A DNA stretch of 64,000 nucleotides from Orbicella franksi (taxonomy: Eukaryota), in assembly GCA_964199315.1 (NCBI GenBank), contig OZ116699.1, positions 27,280,001 through 27,344,000 of the forward strand, given 5' to 3'. Under the pieces are notes generated by a model that had not been told where the DNA came from, did no database searches, and was given only the letters and a program-made list of their open reading frames with translations. This document shows, piece after piece, positions 51,411-63,136 of this stretch. The position numbers and the translations under genes were made by a program. How positions within the stretch are numbered: the stretch's first letter is position 1; every line of letters begins with the position of its first letter.

Positions 51411-53206
51411 CTAAGCGTCTTGTAGGATAGTGACTTCGATGGACTTGATTCCAGTTTTCTCGTGTGCGTCATTCTTATATACTTCGAGCGTGAGTCCTTT
51501 GTTGAGCATCAGTCGCTTTGTGAAGGTAGTGGTCTTAACGAAGCCTCCGTCAAGCGCAGTGTAGCACGAGCCTCAGCGTTCATCCAGCTTCAGAGTGATC
51601 ACAAACTGACCGGGGTAGAATGAGTCGCTTACTTTGGGTGAGGAAGAATTGATCCATCCACTTCTACTCAAAGACGTACCAGAGGTACCCTCGAACCCAT
51701 GACACGGGCTGCTGAAGCGATGATCAGCTTTATTTCTCGTAGTAATCCCGACAACACTTATCCCGTCTGACCCACCATATGAAATATCACTGTCTTGTGT
51801 TGTCCCGATACTGACGTCATGTGAAACCACAATTTTAACGGTCAGCGGGGAGAAATATTGCAAGACACCAGCAGGAATCATGGGAACTTTAAGGAGAGCG
51901 GCGTTAGCTACTGAGCCTGCGTTGAATGTCAGCTGTTCAGTGGTTTTCGTATAGGAACTGTCAATATAGGACGCATGCTCCTCCAGCCAGGTTGGAGTCA
52001 TGGTTTGATGATAAATCACCTTCTGCAAAACGATTTTGTAAACAAGGCTATCAGAAATTAGCCAATTAAAGAACATAAATCATTGAATTTTCTTGACATG
52101 ATAGGAAAGTATCAAGTATGAAATGAAGTTGTGAACACAGAGCATATAATTTTCGAGCAGCCTGTTCGTGGACAAATTCGTTGAGTTAAGTGACTAGATA
52201 GCTGATAAACCGTGTTACTCACCTGCGCCTTGTTAGAGTCCGCTGAAAACGCTGACTGCAATAAAATAAAGAAGTAATTTTAGAGCTGTGAGCACAGAAA
52301 TTGAACACACCTCCACTCCACTATGAAGCATCTTTCCAGTAATATTACAAAGTACAATGTTAGGATAAGCACAATGCCTGTAAAACCCAAATACTAATAT
52401 TTTGTGTATATTGAGCGCGTATTAAAACATCTTAAATGAAACATCTAAGCGCTGCGCTTAATAAAGGCAAAAATTACTTGTCAGGATATTTTAGTAACAT
52501 TGTCCTTTTTGTCATAACTAGAATAACAGCTGAACCTCAGATTTTGCTTCTGTCATTTATATTCAACTGGTAATTTAATTGTAGCTCTTATTCTTTCATT
52601 TTATGCAATGTTTCTCTCACTTGCTCAATATGTTCCCAAGTTTCAAATGCATAAGTAAGGTCAATAGTTAATTTTTTGGAACCTGAAACTGAATCTGCAT
52701 GCCTTTCCTATGACTAAATTCAGTCTCTATGTCCGAAAAAAGGCCTGTTTGGATAATTTTTGACTATCTGCAGTATAAACCTAAGATTCCTTTGGCTAAT
52801 AGCCACTTACTGATTATTTTTATACGGAAAGTTGCGCTCTGTATGTAGCGAATATTATTATTAGGTTAAGTTTGTGAATAACGCGATGTATGGTTACGTT
52901 CACTAGTTTGGTACTTTTTTCATAACCGAAGTAAAAAGAAACGAACCTTCCGATAACTCGAACGAAAAGTCGTTTCCCTTCCCGCAGTCGAACATTATAA
53001 TTTACCCCGATTCTCGAACTGCTCGATTTTCAAGCGAATTTTGGGTTTCAGTGGAGGTTTGAAAAATCGGGATTCCACTTTAGCTTGATACAAGTGCTTG
53101 ATAACAAGTAATTTTCAAATGCGCATTGATTTACCGGGCTGAGTAATGCAACCAGACATAGAATTGTCAGCAACGAAGTGGTTGAATCGAGTGGAGAGAA
53201 CTTCAT
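51411..53206 (-). pseudogene. Secreted protein gene (3 coding exons, 238 codons) with one in-frame TGA; unknown family
   Basis: Exon 53206-53135 (MKFSPLDSTTSLLTILCLVALLSP, donor GTAAAT), exon 52255-52223 (SAFSADSNKAQ, donor GTGAGT) and exon 52022-51411 join in phase 0. TGA at 51575-51573 falls in LKLDER*GSCYTALDGGF and the frame continues 53 codons to TAG. Confidence 0.75.
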
Positions 53207-53741
53207 CGTGGATTTCTTCGATTCTTGAAAACTGCGCTGAAAAACTTACGCTCCGCCAACACTCGCGACAAAGTCAGAAAACAAAACGACGAGGCCCCTT
53301 GAGCACTTCCTAATTTATTGAAATGTTGAACACGAACATTTTCGAGCCACATAAATGTTTACAATTAACTGCGTCTTGAGAAAAACAGCAATTCAACAGT
53401 AAGTCTGCTTAATGCGCCTTCCTTTACCCTGAAGGCAGTCGTTATATTTCATTTTTATCCTGAAATTATTTTAGGAAGAGTAATTTGTCTATCGCATTTT
53501 TCTCAGTACAGTCTTGAGTCGTGTTCGCCTTTCGCTGCTTATTACGCATGGAAGACAAGCCTATTGTCTATAAAATCAGTGTTGTGTCTATGTAAAATTA
53601 ATTGAGACCATGACGTATTTTTCAACCTCGATTCATCTCATCAGCTAATCGATAGTAAAAACACTAGACGCTCTAAGAGCGTTTCCTCGGGCTTCGTGCC
53701 GCACGTAAGCGTATTGAACACAATTAAAACTTTACATTGTG

Positions 53742-54744
53742 TCTAGATACCCGGCAGCCGGGAAGTGTTTTCAGAAAACTAGATACCCGGCAGTCTGAAA
53801 TTATTATAGAATTTCCTCGAAATAAAATGACTTAGAATAGTAGATCTTTGTTTAGAAATGTCAAGCGATTTCAAGTAATATTTTGGCTTTGTAGTTGAGG
53901 AAATTTTCGAGCCTGGACATACTATATAATGCGTAAGATCTCGATGTTTTGACATTTAGTCCACAATGAAAATATTTGTTCAGAAATGCCAAGTGACTCT
54001 GAGTAATGTTTTGGTTTTGTAGTGGACGAATTCTCCCAGCCATACTACAAAAATCTTGACTCACGGGCAAGGTTGTTCAAAACACTAGCTACCCGGCGGT
54101 CAAAACTTCATAGATGATCAATTTCCACAAAAATCATTGATATTATTTGAAACCTCCTGAGAGTATTTGAGTATTTTGATCTTTGGTCATAAACACGTTG
54201 TCCGAACTTTGTGTGACTCACGGACAGGGAGGTAAAAAAAAAAAAAAAACTGTACATACCCGCAGTCAGAAATTCCTTCCGTTTTTCCACCGAAATGTCC
54301 GTTCGAACCTGCTGAGAATGCTCGATCTCTTCGTCAGGATTAAACTACAAGATACAAGATACAAAGATGGAGCTTATTTTATACTTAATACTGGTAGTAC
54401 AAAATACGCTCCTACTGTAGGGTGTGAACAACAAAACACTCGCAAGAAATACGTGTAGGATATGACTAAAATCCTGCGATTGAAAATGTGCAATGTAATA
54501 TAAGCGGGGCTCATGGATTTAACGTTAAATCCGTGAGTCCCAAACTGCATTGAATTCACACTTTCTCGGTATGAAAGCACATAACAGACCATAACATGAC
54601 GAAAGTTGCGTGACATGAGTGACGGCGGATGTACTATTCTAAGAATTGAATGAATTATTCCGTGGAAATTCTATGATAATTTCAGACTGCTAGGTAAGCT
54701 TATCTTGCTTTTTGAAAACATTTCTCAGCTGCCGGGTATAAACA
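53742..54744. repeat. Element with repeated TACCCGGC subterminal motifs
   Basis: CTAGATACCCGGCAG twice (about 53743 and 53778), CTAGCTACCCGGCGG at about 54085, and an inverted GCTGCCGGGTA at about 54729. Confidence 0.45.
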
Positions 54745-56212
54745 AACAAAAGAATTAGGAAACTCTTAAACACAAAGAGTTACGCTTAAATATTTAATAT
54801 TCAAGAAATTGCTTCGTTGAGTATCCTTTTCATCCAATTGCATGTTGTTTGCCTCATCTTCCAAGTTCTGCTTACGACGATTCTTTGATTTTGCAACATC
54901 CGAGTGTTTCGTCTCAGCAACATAATTTGTTTTTTGTCTGCGTTTTCGTAGTTTGAACTCGTAAATGGCTCCTTTGTTATCTCGTGAGAACGACCATGAA
55001 CTTTGCTTATCCGGCAGGCGCGGGCCAAACGGTTACGAAAACGATCGATAACTTCTTCGAGTCTTTCCCACACTTTCTTCACAAAACACAGCATTCTGAA
55101 AATCAACTTATTGTCGTTCACGAAGACATTCTCATCCCCAGATTCCACGCACTACGCTAGGAACGCCTGGGACCATGACCTCCCAATAAGACGAGTGACG
55201 ACGAAAGGCTTGCAGTTTTTGACTCGGGCTTTCCTTCGGAAGCCCGAGTAATTAGCAGACATGAGTTGAAAACTTGGTTTTGTAGCTTTATCAAGAAATT
55301 AAGAAATTAATAATTTCTCTAAATTTCGTTTATCACGTTTGAGTGTATTATGAATGATAGGTTGCAAGTAAATACATGAGCATTCTTGAGTCGAGTTAAC
55401 TTAAAATGAAATAACTTTTTGTTGATACGTGTCGGGTCATCGCTTCAATGAGACACAATAGATGAATATAAAGCGATTGCGTGAAATTTCTGTTCATTTA
55501 GATCGTTGCAGAATTAGAGTTGACATTGGGAGTGAATACCAGCATGTTAGACACCTTTAGATCCAACTTCACTCAAGTTGCAGAGCAACTCATTGAAATG
55601 GCAAAGACCAAAGATAGAAAAAAAAAGAGTGGAGTGCAACAGTATTTAAAATTCTTGAAGGAAGATTCGAATGATGATTTCGATGATGATGATGCAAATA
55701 ATACTCCAGGTAAGAGAACCATTATGCGACTGAATTAAAATAAAGCATGTGTGTTAGTCTTGAAAACACTTTTATCTCATGACAAATGCAAAATGTACCT
55801 AATTTAGGTTCCTTACAGGTACCTTTCATTACTTTGAACTTTTAGAATCCCAAGAAATTTGATGGCAGAAGCAAAAGATGGATTTTAGCAATAGTAGCTA
55901 CATGTAGACCCAGATCGTTTGCTTGGTTGGTCGGTCGGTCAGTTTTAGACTTTTTGTTGTAATACCGCTGGGCAGGTATAATGGCAGATATAAGTCAGCT
56001 GGCAATCGTATTTTATAATCGACCGCTGAAAACATGGACATCAAGAATGGGAAAAATATTTCAATAGAAACAGCGGCTGCTCAAATTTTCTAAATGTATG
56101 CCACAAAATCAAAAGCAAAATTCTGTTTAAGAAATCCAGTCGTGGCTCACAGAGCTCTTTGGTCTCGAGTGTCATTCTGATGTCTTTTGATGTTTACTCA
56201 ACGTTAGATACT

Positions 56213-56341
56213 NNNNNNNNNNNNNNNNNNNNNNNNNNNNNNNNNNNNNNNNNNNNNNNNNNNNNNNNNNNNNNNNNNNNNNNNNNNNNNNNNNNNNNNN
56301 NNNNNNNNNNNNNNNNNNNNNNNNNNNNNNNNNNNNNNNNN
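56213..56341. other. Assembly gap (129 N)
   Basis: Run of N. Confidence 1.
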
Positions 56342-57002
56342 TTTAAATGAAAAAGCAGAGGTTGCCAAGGCAGTCCTTCCATTTTTATTAAACCCAGCTG
56401 CCAAAGGAGGACTATCTCAGAAGCAGGACTTTGTTTACTTCATTCCTGTAAGTAAATGACCAAGTACTGTATTAGCTCAAGGGTTTAAATTGCTTGGCCA
56501 AAGTTAAATGCCAATTTGTTCCAATTAAAAGCTCAAAAACACCTCTTGCTTCGGGAGAAGGTTTGGTGCAATGCTAAGAGGGCTCACCTCCCATGAGGGG
56601 TAATGATAGGCCCAGTATTGCACTAGTCTAATAATTTGAGTTCTCAAGGCACAGGCTTATCCTCTCTTTGTGTGGTCACAGCCTCTACCACATTATTATT
56701 CAAAACATTGTAAATGTTCAAGCTTCCAAAAATTGGATTTTACAGCTGTGTATTTGAGATTAAATGCTAAAAAAATGTTTTTGCACAGTTTAAGTTTGTT
56801 TCTACGCAGGCAGGAATTTTGGCGAATTTCAGTGAAAATTGCATAAATTGTTCCATTTAAATCAGCAAATTTCGTCGTGTCCAAACACGACATACAATTC
56901 AAAACCAGCGTGAAAGGCAGCCATGTTGGAAAAATCTGAGATCGAGGCTGATTCATACACTTGAGGCTGATTCATACATTAACATGACTTAACTTTGGTT
57001 AT

Positions 57003-57219
57003 CCTTTGATTACGCGTTTGGTTCGACTCATGTGAAGATCGACGTTTGACCCAAAGTCGGTCTTCAGGCGTTATTAGCGGCTGGCCAGGCGCGAAGAACG
57101 CCTCAGCCACTCCAAATAAAATCAGTCGAACTTAATTAGGTCAAACGCCGAACTTCACATGAGCCAAATTGGTTGAATTGAATTCGGCTAATGTGAAGTA
57201 CGGCGTTTGACCCGGGCCT
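57003..57219. mobile_element. Harbinger-like MITE remnant
   Basis: Repeated and inverted CAAACGCCGAACTTCACAT / ATGTGAAGTACGGCGTTTGAC motifs ending GGGCCTTA. Confidence 0.55.
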
Positions 57220-57399
57220 TATAGATCATGGGTAACATTTATATTTGAGTTATATATCCTTTACTTTTTTTAATTGTCATTTTCCTGTGTCGGTGAATAA
57301 TTATGCACAAACGTGACATAAAGTAAATTAGCCAATAATTACTGATTAATTATCACTTATTTATATTCACATGGTGATATTCATGTCACACTTTTTTCA

Positions 57400-58370
57400 G
57401 GGGATTGGTAGTCATGGCCAAGCTCCCTTCCGCGCTGAGAATTCTAGACAGCCAGCACAAAGGTAAGGAAAGAAATCATTAAGATGTCAAATATGACTGC
57501 TGTCAAAACCATTAGGATCCCACTTGACAAAAGAAATGTCAAATACATTGTTGAAAAAGCTAAGAGTGAACTACAGGATAGCTTTGGTTGGCTTTTCAAA
57601 GATATGGTAAATGATGTGCATCCTGAAAAAACAATAATTTTCTGTCAGTCATTAAAAATATATGGTGACAATTATGAATCCTTTTAACTACTTTTTCCAT
57701 GCAAAAGTGAAGTGGCCATGTATCACTCAAAGACCCCCCCCCCCCCCCCAAGACATCAAGGATAATGTTGTCTCTGATTTCATGTCTCACAATGGAAGCA
57801 TACGTTGGTAATAGCAACTAGTGCCCTGGAATGGGAGTTAACATACCCAACATCAAAAAGGTTGTTATTTTTGGAGAGGCAGAGATCATGGAATCCTACC
57901 CTCAAGAAGTTGGAATGGGTGGAAGGAATGGTTCTGATGTTTTGTCCATGAATGCATACCACTTATGTCTCTGTACGTGATCCCACAATGAGGGCATTCG
58001 TCAAAAACAAAGTTTAATGTACGCATGTGGAAGTACTACAGTTTTTTAATGGGAAGATAAAAAACCTTCCATACTGCAGAGTGCTGTGATGTGTACAGTA
58101 AACAATGTGATTGTGGAGACTGCCCAGAAGAAATGTTTAAGATTTGAACTGATCTTAACAACTGTCCATGTACTTTAGGAAGGCAAGTTAACATGGATGA
58201 AAGAGGGACATTCACATAGGTGTTAAAGGGTTTAGCTGTGACCTGTAAAGCCAGGTGACAGGCTTGAAAGTGTTTGTGTTTAGGATGTGTTTAATGGTGC
58301 CATTATTTCAGATTTAGCTGCAGACCTAGAGTATTTATTTACAGTTGCTTACATTTTGAAAATGAAAAGC
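57400..58370 (+). pseudogene. Decayed RecQ-like SF2 helicase C-terminal half (Academ-type transposon remnant)
   Basis: Across frameshifts: EKTIIFCQS (motif IV), AMYHSK, VIATSAL/GMGVNIPNIKKVVIFG (motif V), SYPQEVGMGGRNG (motif VI), then a CCDVxxKQCDCGDC zinc-binding tail. Confidence 0.8.
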
Positions 58371-58519
58371 TTGCTGCAAATATATTGCTTGTTGTAGGTT
58401 ATTATTTAATGATGTAGAAAAGACAACACACCTTAAAGAAAAGCACCATTTTTTCCAAAACTTTCTTTTTCTCCATAATTCTGTCTAATTGACCTATCCA
58501 AGTCTCTAAGGAGCAAACT

Positions 58520-59240
58520 TGCACCTGTCATGTACTGGGGCACCTTCCAGATCAAGTACAAGAACACAGACCCCTGATTTTACATTTCAGCTTTGTGCTC
58601 AAAGCTATGATTAGCCATCTAAAGTGTCTGTTTCATGGCCCATGAGGAACGATTGCACAGATAGTACAAAAATCTACTGTTGGCATTAAACTCTGGTTCA
58701 ATGATAAGGAAGGAGACAAAAGAGCCACCAGAAGTCAGAACTTTATTGAGGAGAACACCATGCCAAAGAAGGATAAGAGTCTTCACAAAATTGGAGACAA
58801 ATGTTGTTTCTTTCTGTCTTTCAAGAACAACCCCAAATTGTCAAACAGAGTAGTCCAGTGCCTGGAGTAGTCCAGTCCCTGGAAGAGGGAAAAGAGAAAA
58901 GCTGTAGTTACATTATACAGTTCCAAGAAGATGGCAATGATGATTTTGGAATTGTGCGGTACTACTTTTATGCCAGGAACACTGGGTTTGCTTTCATTCA
59001 CAAGTTTGAAAAGGAAGAAAACATCTGTTCATGAGAGCTTGATGATCCAGGATGATCCAATGATTAAGTCATTTATTGACAAGGGTATTCTTTGAAAGCA
59101 CTTTCAGGCTGTAAAGGAGACTTCGCCAGATACTTGTATTCCTTGCAGATGTGCGTTTGTATCTTTAAAAAGACCTGGTGTAAGTGGCTATTATGCCTGT
59201 TTTAAAGTACTACCAACATGACTAAGCTATAGAAATGACT
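58520..59240 (+). mobile_element. Decayed CACTA/EnSpm-type transposase C-terminal fragment
   Basis: GHLPDQVQEHRPLILHFSFVLKAMISHLKCLFHG matches the HLxxxVxxxGPLxxxSxF..HG pattern. It is followed by DFGIVRYYF...GFAFIHKF, with stops and frameshifts. Confidence 0.6.
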
Positions 59241-61140
59241 TCGACATTACCTCCCAAAATTGCCCTCTGAAAATATTTAGGGTATAGGACCAGAAGAATT
59301 GGTTGTTTTGTATTCTCTATTTTGTTTTGTTTGGAATTGACATTTGTTACGATTTTTGTTTTATTAGTCACATAGTATTTACTGTTCCAGGATGTTCTGG
59401 CATTGACCAAGGTAAATAATTTTCCTTCTCCCAAACCTAAGTTAAATGGCATTAATAAATATATATAAGTTTGAAATTTGACGAGCTAATTGATGAGCTT
59501 TTATCATTCAGTAGATTATTTCTGAATTCACAGGAGTTAGAAAGAGAAAAAGGGAATCAGCAGGTAACTAGAAAATATATCACTATGCAAGGTAAAGATT
59601 TTACAATTATCATTTAAAACACCGACATAAATTTAAGTATTCAATTAATATACATACATTTTTTGAATAACTTTTATTAGAAAATTCCGAGCTACTTGCA
59701 TGGGGCTTGGGTTCATTGGTGATGCCCAAGACACCCAAAGTACAACAGAGTGGACTATCATTCTGCCGGGACTGAAGTTGTAACAGACTTGGAAGATGAT
59801 CTCTTCTTTCTTGATGGTGAGTGAGCAACTAATTGTCAGCGTAAATATATTATTTTGTGATTAAGTTCAGGTTTAAGGCAATTAATCCACAAAGTTGCCA
59901 TACTTTTTTTTCTCTGTTGATTATTAACTGACACTTTAAAACATGTTTGACACACAAGCCCAAACAATAAGTCCACAGCCGCACTGCAACAAAGATGACT
60001 GCAGCTGTGACGAGGCGAGCATTTTCATCACCCCTATACCGCGTGGCTTTAAGGGACTAACATCCCTGCAACCTGACGACTGCGCAATCTCAGACCAACT
60101 CCTTCGCAGTTGCACCGCTCGAAAACGCAAGCTGGAGCTAGACGATTAAATTGTTTATAGAGAGAATTGAAGGAGTGGCACTGCAAGCAAGGGTGGTAAT
60201 CAAAAATGAAAAGATCTGCTGAAATGACACTGAAAAGATTAACAAAGTCCAAGAAAAAGAAAAAGGAAAGTTGGCTACAAAAAAAATAAAGAAAGATCCA
60301 ATACTATAAGATGGAGCTTTTGGAAAGCAAAAACACCTTTAACCACAGTTCTTTTTTTATTAACATAAAATCAAATTCTGTAATTTCAATAATTTTCTTT
60401 GGTACAATCAAAGGTTGTTGTTTCACTGAGTCTCTGCCAGACATTTCAAACATTGGACTGAGTCAGTGACAAGTTGTTTCCTTGGCAAACTTCAATTTCC
60501 TTGGGAAACCAAAGTAGAAGAAAGAACATTTCTGCAAAAGTTAGAGAGTAAGTCTTAAAGAAGAAGGCAGTACAGATAGATAAGAAACTGACACCCAATG
60601 AAGGTGGACATTTCATCAATTCTGACAATTTATCAGTCTTTGAAGTGTTTTGTAACCAAAGCACAGCCTTTGGCAGTGGACAGTGTTTCGGAAGAGACAG
60701 GATGGCTCAGTAGGTTTCTACCTCAACTGGAATGACTACAATTGTGGTGTTGGTAATCTGAGTGGTGAAATTTTGATCAACCTGGGCAAGATTTAAGGCC
60801 TGACCTTAAATAATGATAGCATGCCCTTTCTGATATAGAAGACATACTCGGCCCATGAATACTTCATATTCTATAAGAGCAAATTTATCAGAGACTGGAA
60901 GATGCTCATTTGTGGCAGTCCCACTGGTTGACCAATCATTGCCCTAGACTTGAGTTGTTTCTCCTGTTGTAGTACTTTTGATTTTTAATGATTTACTTTT
61001 GGGTTTTTCAGGTTTGGTGGTAATTGCGGTTTGCGAATCTCTCTTCTTATACAAGGAACAGCTCTCAGATGTCTAGAGTAATCTACAAAGCCTTTTGCCT
61101 GGACTGCAGTGCTATATTGGCAAAAAAAGAACCTACTAGA

Positions 61141-61510
61141 TCAGATGAGAGCTTACCAGAGCACCTGAGAGACCTCTACATCTAAAGCATCGCCAAAGGC
61201 ATCAATTATATAACCTCCTGCCAAATTTCAAGACATCTCTAGAGGACCTCATGGTCTGGACTGGGCAGGTGTTACCAAACACAAACTGAGTACAGGTGAT
61301 GCCTTTTTCTTGAATGTCAGCACCCTAAGAGACTACCCTTTGCAAAAGGTGATATGGCTTTCAAAGCTGTTGAGGAGATGCATACATTCACAAGGCATAA
61401 TTGAACCCTGTGCCAGTCCCTGCGTTTTATCAGTGGTCATGGTGAAGAAAAAGGATGGCAGAAGCAGATTTTGCATTGACTACTGAAAGTTAAATGATCG
61501 ACAAAGGAGT
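61141..61510 (+). mobile_element. Ty3/Gypsy reverse transcriptase N-terminal fragment, decayed
   Basis: TKHKLSTGDA...QHPKRLPFAK...QGIIEPCASP..SVVMVKKKDGRSRFCIDY*KLND. Confidence 0.85.
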
Positions 61511-61897
61511 CGTATTGTTTGCAATTAAGGAGAGCCATTAAATTTCCCAACACACCGGTTCAACTCCAGAAGCTGTTTGCTTTCATACCCACATGGTCCA
61601 TTGGAGCATATCACTGAAGATTTTCAAGAGACCTGATTTGTGATGTATTTTCATTTTTGTAACATTTATGTATAGCTATGGAAGTGCTTCTGTAGGACTT
61701 TTAAAAATCAGCTGTAAATATGTAGTTTTATCGTCTTCAAAACTCTTGATGTACGATGACACAGATATTGAGTAAATATTAATTTATGCATTCATAATCA
61801 TTTCTGTTAAATGTGTGGTTCCCGTCGGGTAGTATATTTTTATTACGGCATATTTTTCTAATTAAGAAAATATGAGTAATAACGAAGAGGCAAGATT

Positions 61898-61941
61898 TGC
61901 TGTTACTCCGAGTTTCGTGCTTACGCACTCATCAGACAGTA
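61898..61941 (-). ncRNA. Mirror copy of the same hammerhead ribozyme
   Basis: Exact reverse complement of 62088-62131. Confidence 0.85.
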
Positions 61942-62087
61942 TTTAATGATAAGCATTCCTATCAACTAGATATATATACACGGTATTAAACAATAGGCTA
62001 ATTGCTGGACTAGTTGCATTACAGCAATTAGCCTATTGTTTAATACCGTGTATATATATCTAGTTGATAGGAATGCTTATCATTAAA

Positions 62088-62131
62088 TACTGTCTGATGA
62101 GTGCGTAAGCACGAAACTCGGAGTAACAGCA
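62088..62131 (+). ncRNA. Minimal type I hammerhead ribozyme
   Basis: Stem I TACTGT/ACAGCA; CTGATGA 62094-62100; stem II GTGC-GTAA-GCAC; GAAA 62113-62116; short stem III CT-CGG-AG; GUA cleavage triplet 62123-62125. Confidence 0.85.
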
Positions 62132-62482
62132 AATCTTGCCTCTTCGTTATTACTCATATACTCAGCTCTACACTATATGTGTATTGAGCACTATTTTAAT
62201 GGGATCTGCTACTTCCTCATATGGTAATTAAGAAAATATAACTATTAAACAAAATGCCTCTACTCATGCAGGATTGATGACAAATCTTTCTATTTACTCA
62301 GTGCCTCGGATGAAAGCACTCGTTGGCAGACATCACCCAAACTCACTAAAAAAAGGAAAATCTTTTGATGTCAACAGAAGGACCGTTTGGCATTCAATTG
62401 AATCAAGGATGGGCTATGAGGGGCTTTCCTCATTTGGTGCAATGATAAACATACCTTGCCTTTCAAGAGCTGCTTACTACAA

Positions 62483-63136
62483 TAGCTGTTACTACAGTGA
62501 CCAAGTCACAAAACGTCTGAAATCCAGTGTATACAACTTCTTTTCTTTCATCAACCTCAAGATCATATTCCAAAACATGTACCGCATCAAATCTTGCATT
62601 CCACACAAAGATCACTTGAGCCAATCAGGGAGGTCCAAAGTCATCTGTAAAGCTGGTTGCTGGGACTGTGAAGAATTTTATGTTGGCAAAACAAAACGAA
62701 GACTTCATGACAGGAAAACAGAACATTTCAAGACCCTCACTAAAAGTGACCATTCATCAGCCATTGCTGATCATGTAAAAACCATTGGTCAAAACATAAA
62801 ACGAGATCATTTTGACATTTTAGTGCCCAGCAAAACTTACTTTCATTGCAAAATTAGAGACTGTTCATTCAAGAGCTAAAGCCTTCCCTCAATGTCAGTG
62901 TCAGTATTGAGAAGTTGTTACTTTACTAGCTGTTACTCCTCATGATGTCTAGACAGGTTAACATACTGCTGCAGATCATTTTTCTCAGTCTAGGTTCCTG
63001 ACCTCTAATATTTCACAATAAATTGTACTAGTCACTTTTGAAAATGTATATAGACTAGTATATGAAACGTCAAATTCTGTATTAAAATGCGCTGGAATAT
63101 AATCTCTATCCCTCCTGTTTGTTATATTCTTAATCA
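62483..63136 (+). mobile_element. 5'-truncated Penelope-like retroelement (GIY-YIG endonuclease plus 3' pLTR remnant)
   Basis: SKVICKAGCWDCEEFYVGKTKRRLHDRKTEH...SAIADHVK...HFDIL, then frameshifted ELKPSLNVSVS. Flanked by TGCTTACTACAA (62471-62482) and TGCTTACAACAA (63137-63148). Confidence 0.85.
63033..63075 (+). ncRNA. Degenerate (probably inactive) hammerhead remnant
   Basis: TTGAAAA-TGTATAT..TATAT-GAAAC-GTC lies where a Penelope pLTR hammerhead is expected, but the CUGANGA core has two substitutions. Confidence 0.35.

Larger units (their letters stand above)
61874..62224. mobile_element. Fold-back Penelope-like (pLTR) insertion with 15-bp target duplication
   Basis: Perfect 138-bp inverted arms 61870-62007 and 62022-62159 with a 14-nt spacer. 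TAATTAAGAAAATAT occurs at 61859-61873 and 62225-62239. Each arm has a hammerhead core. Confidence 0.8.

Noticed and set aside
59943-61000. ORF 59943-60149 and a stop-interrupted minus frame at about 60450-60900
   Set aside because: They look like decayed transposon coding sequence, but I recognise no motif to assign them.
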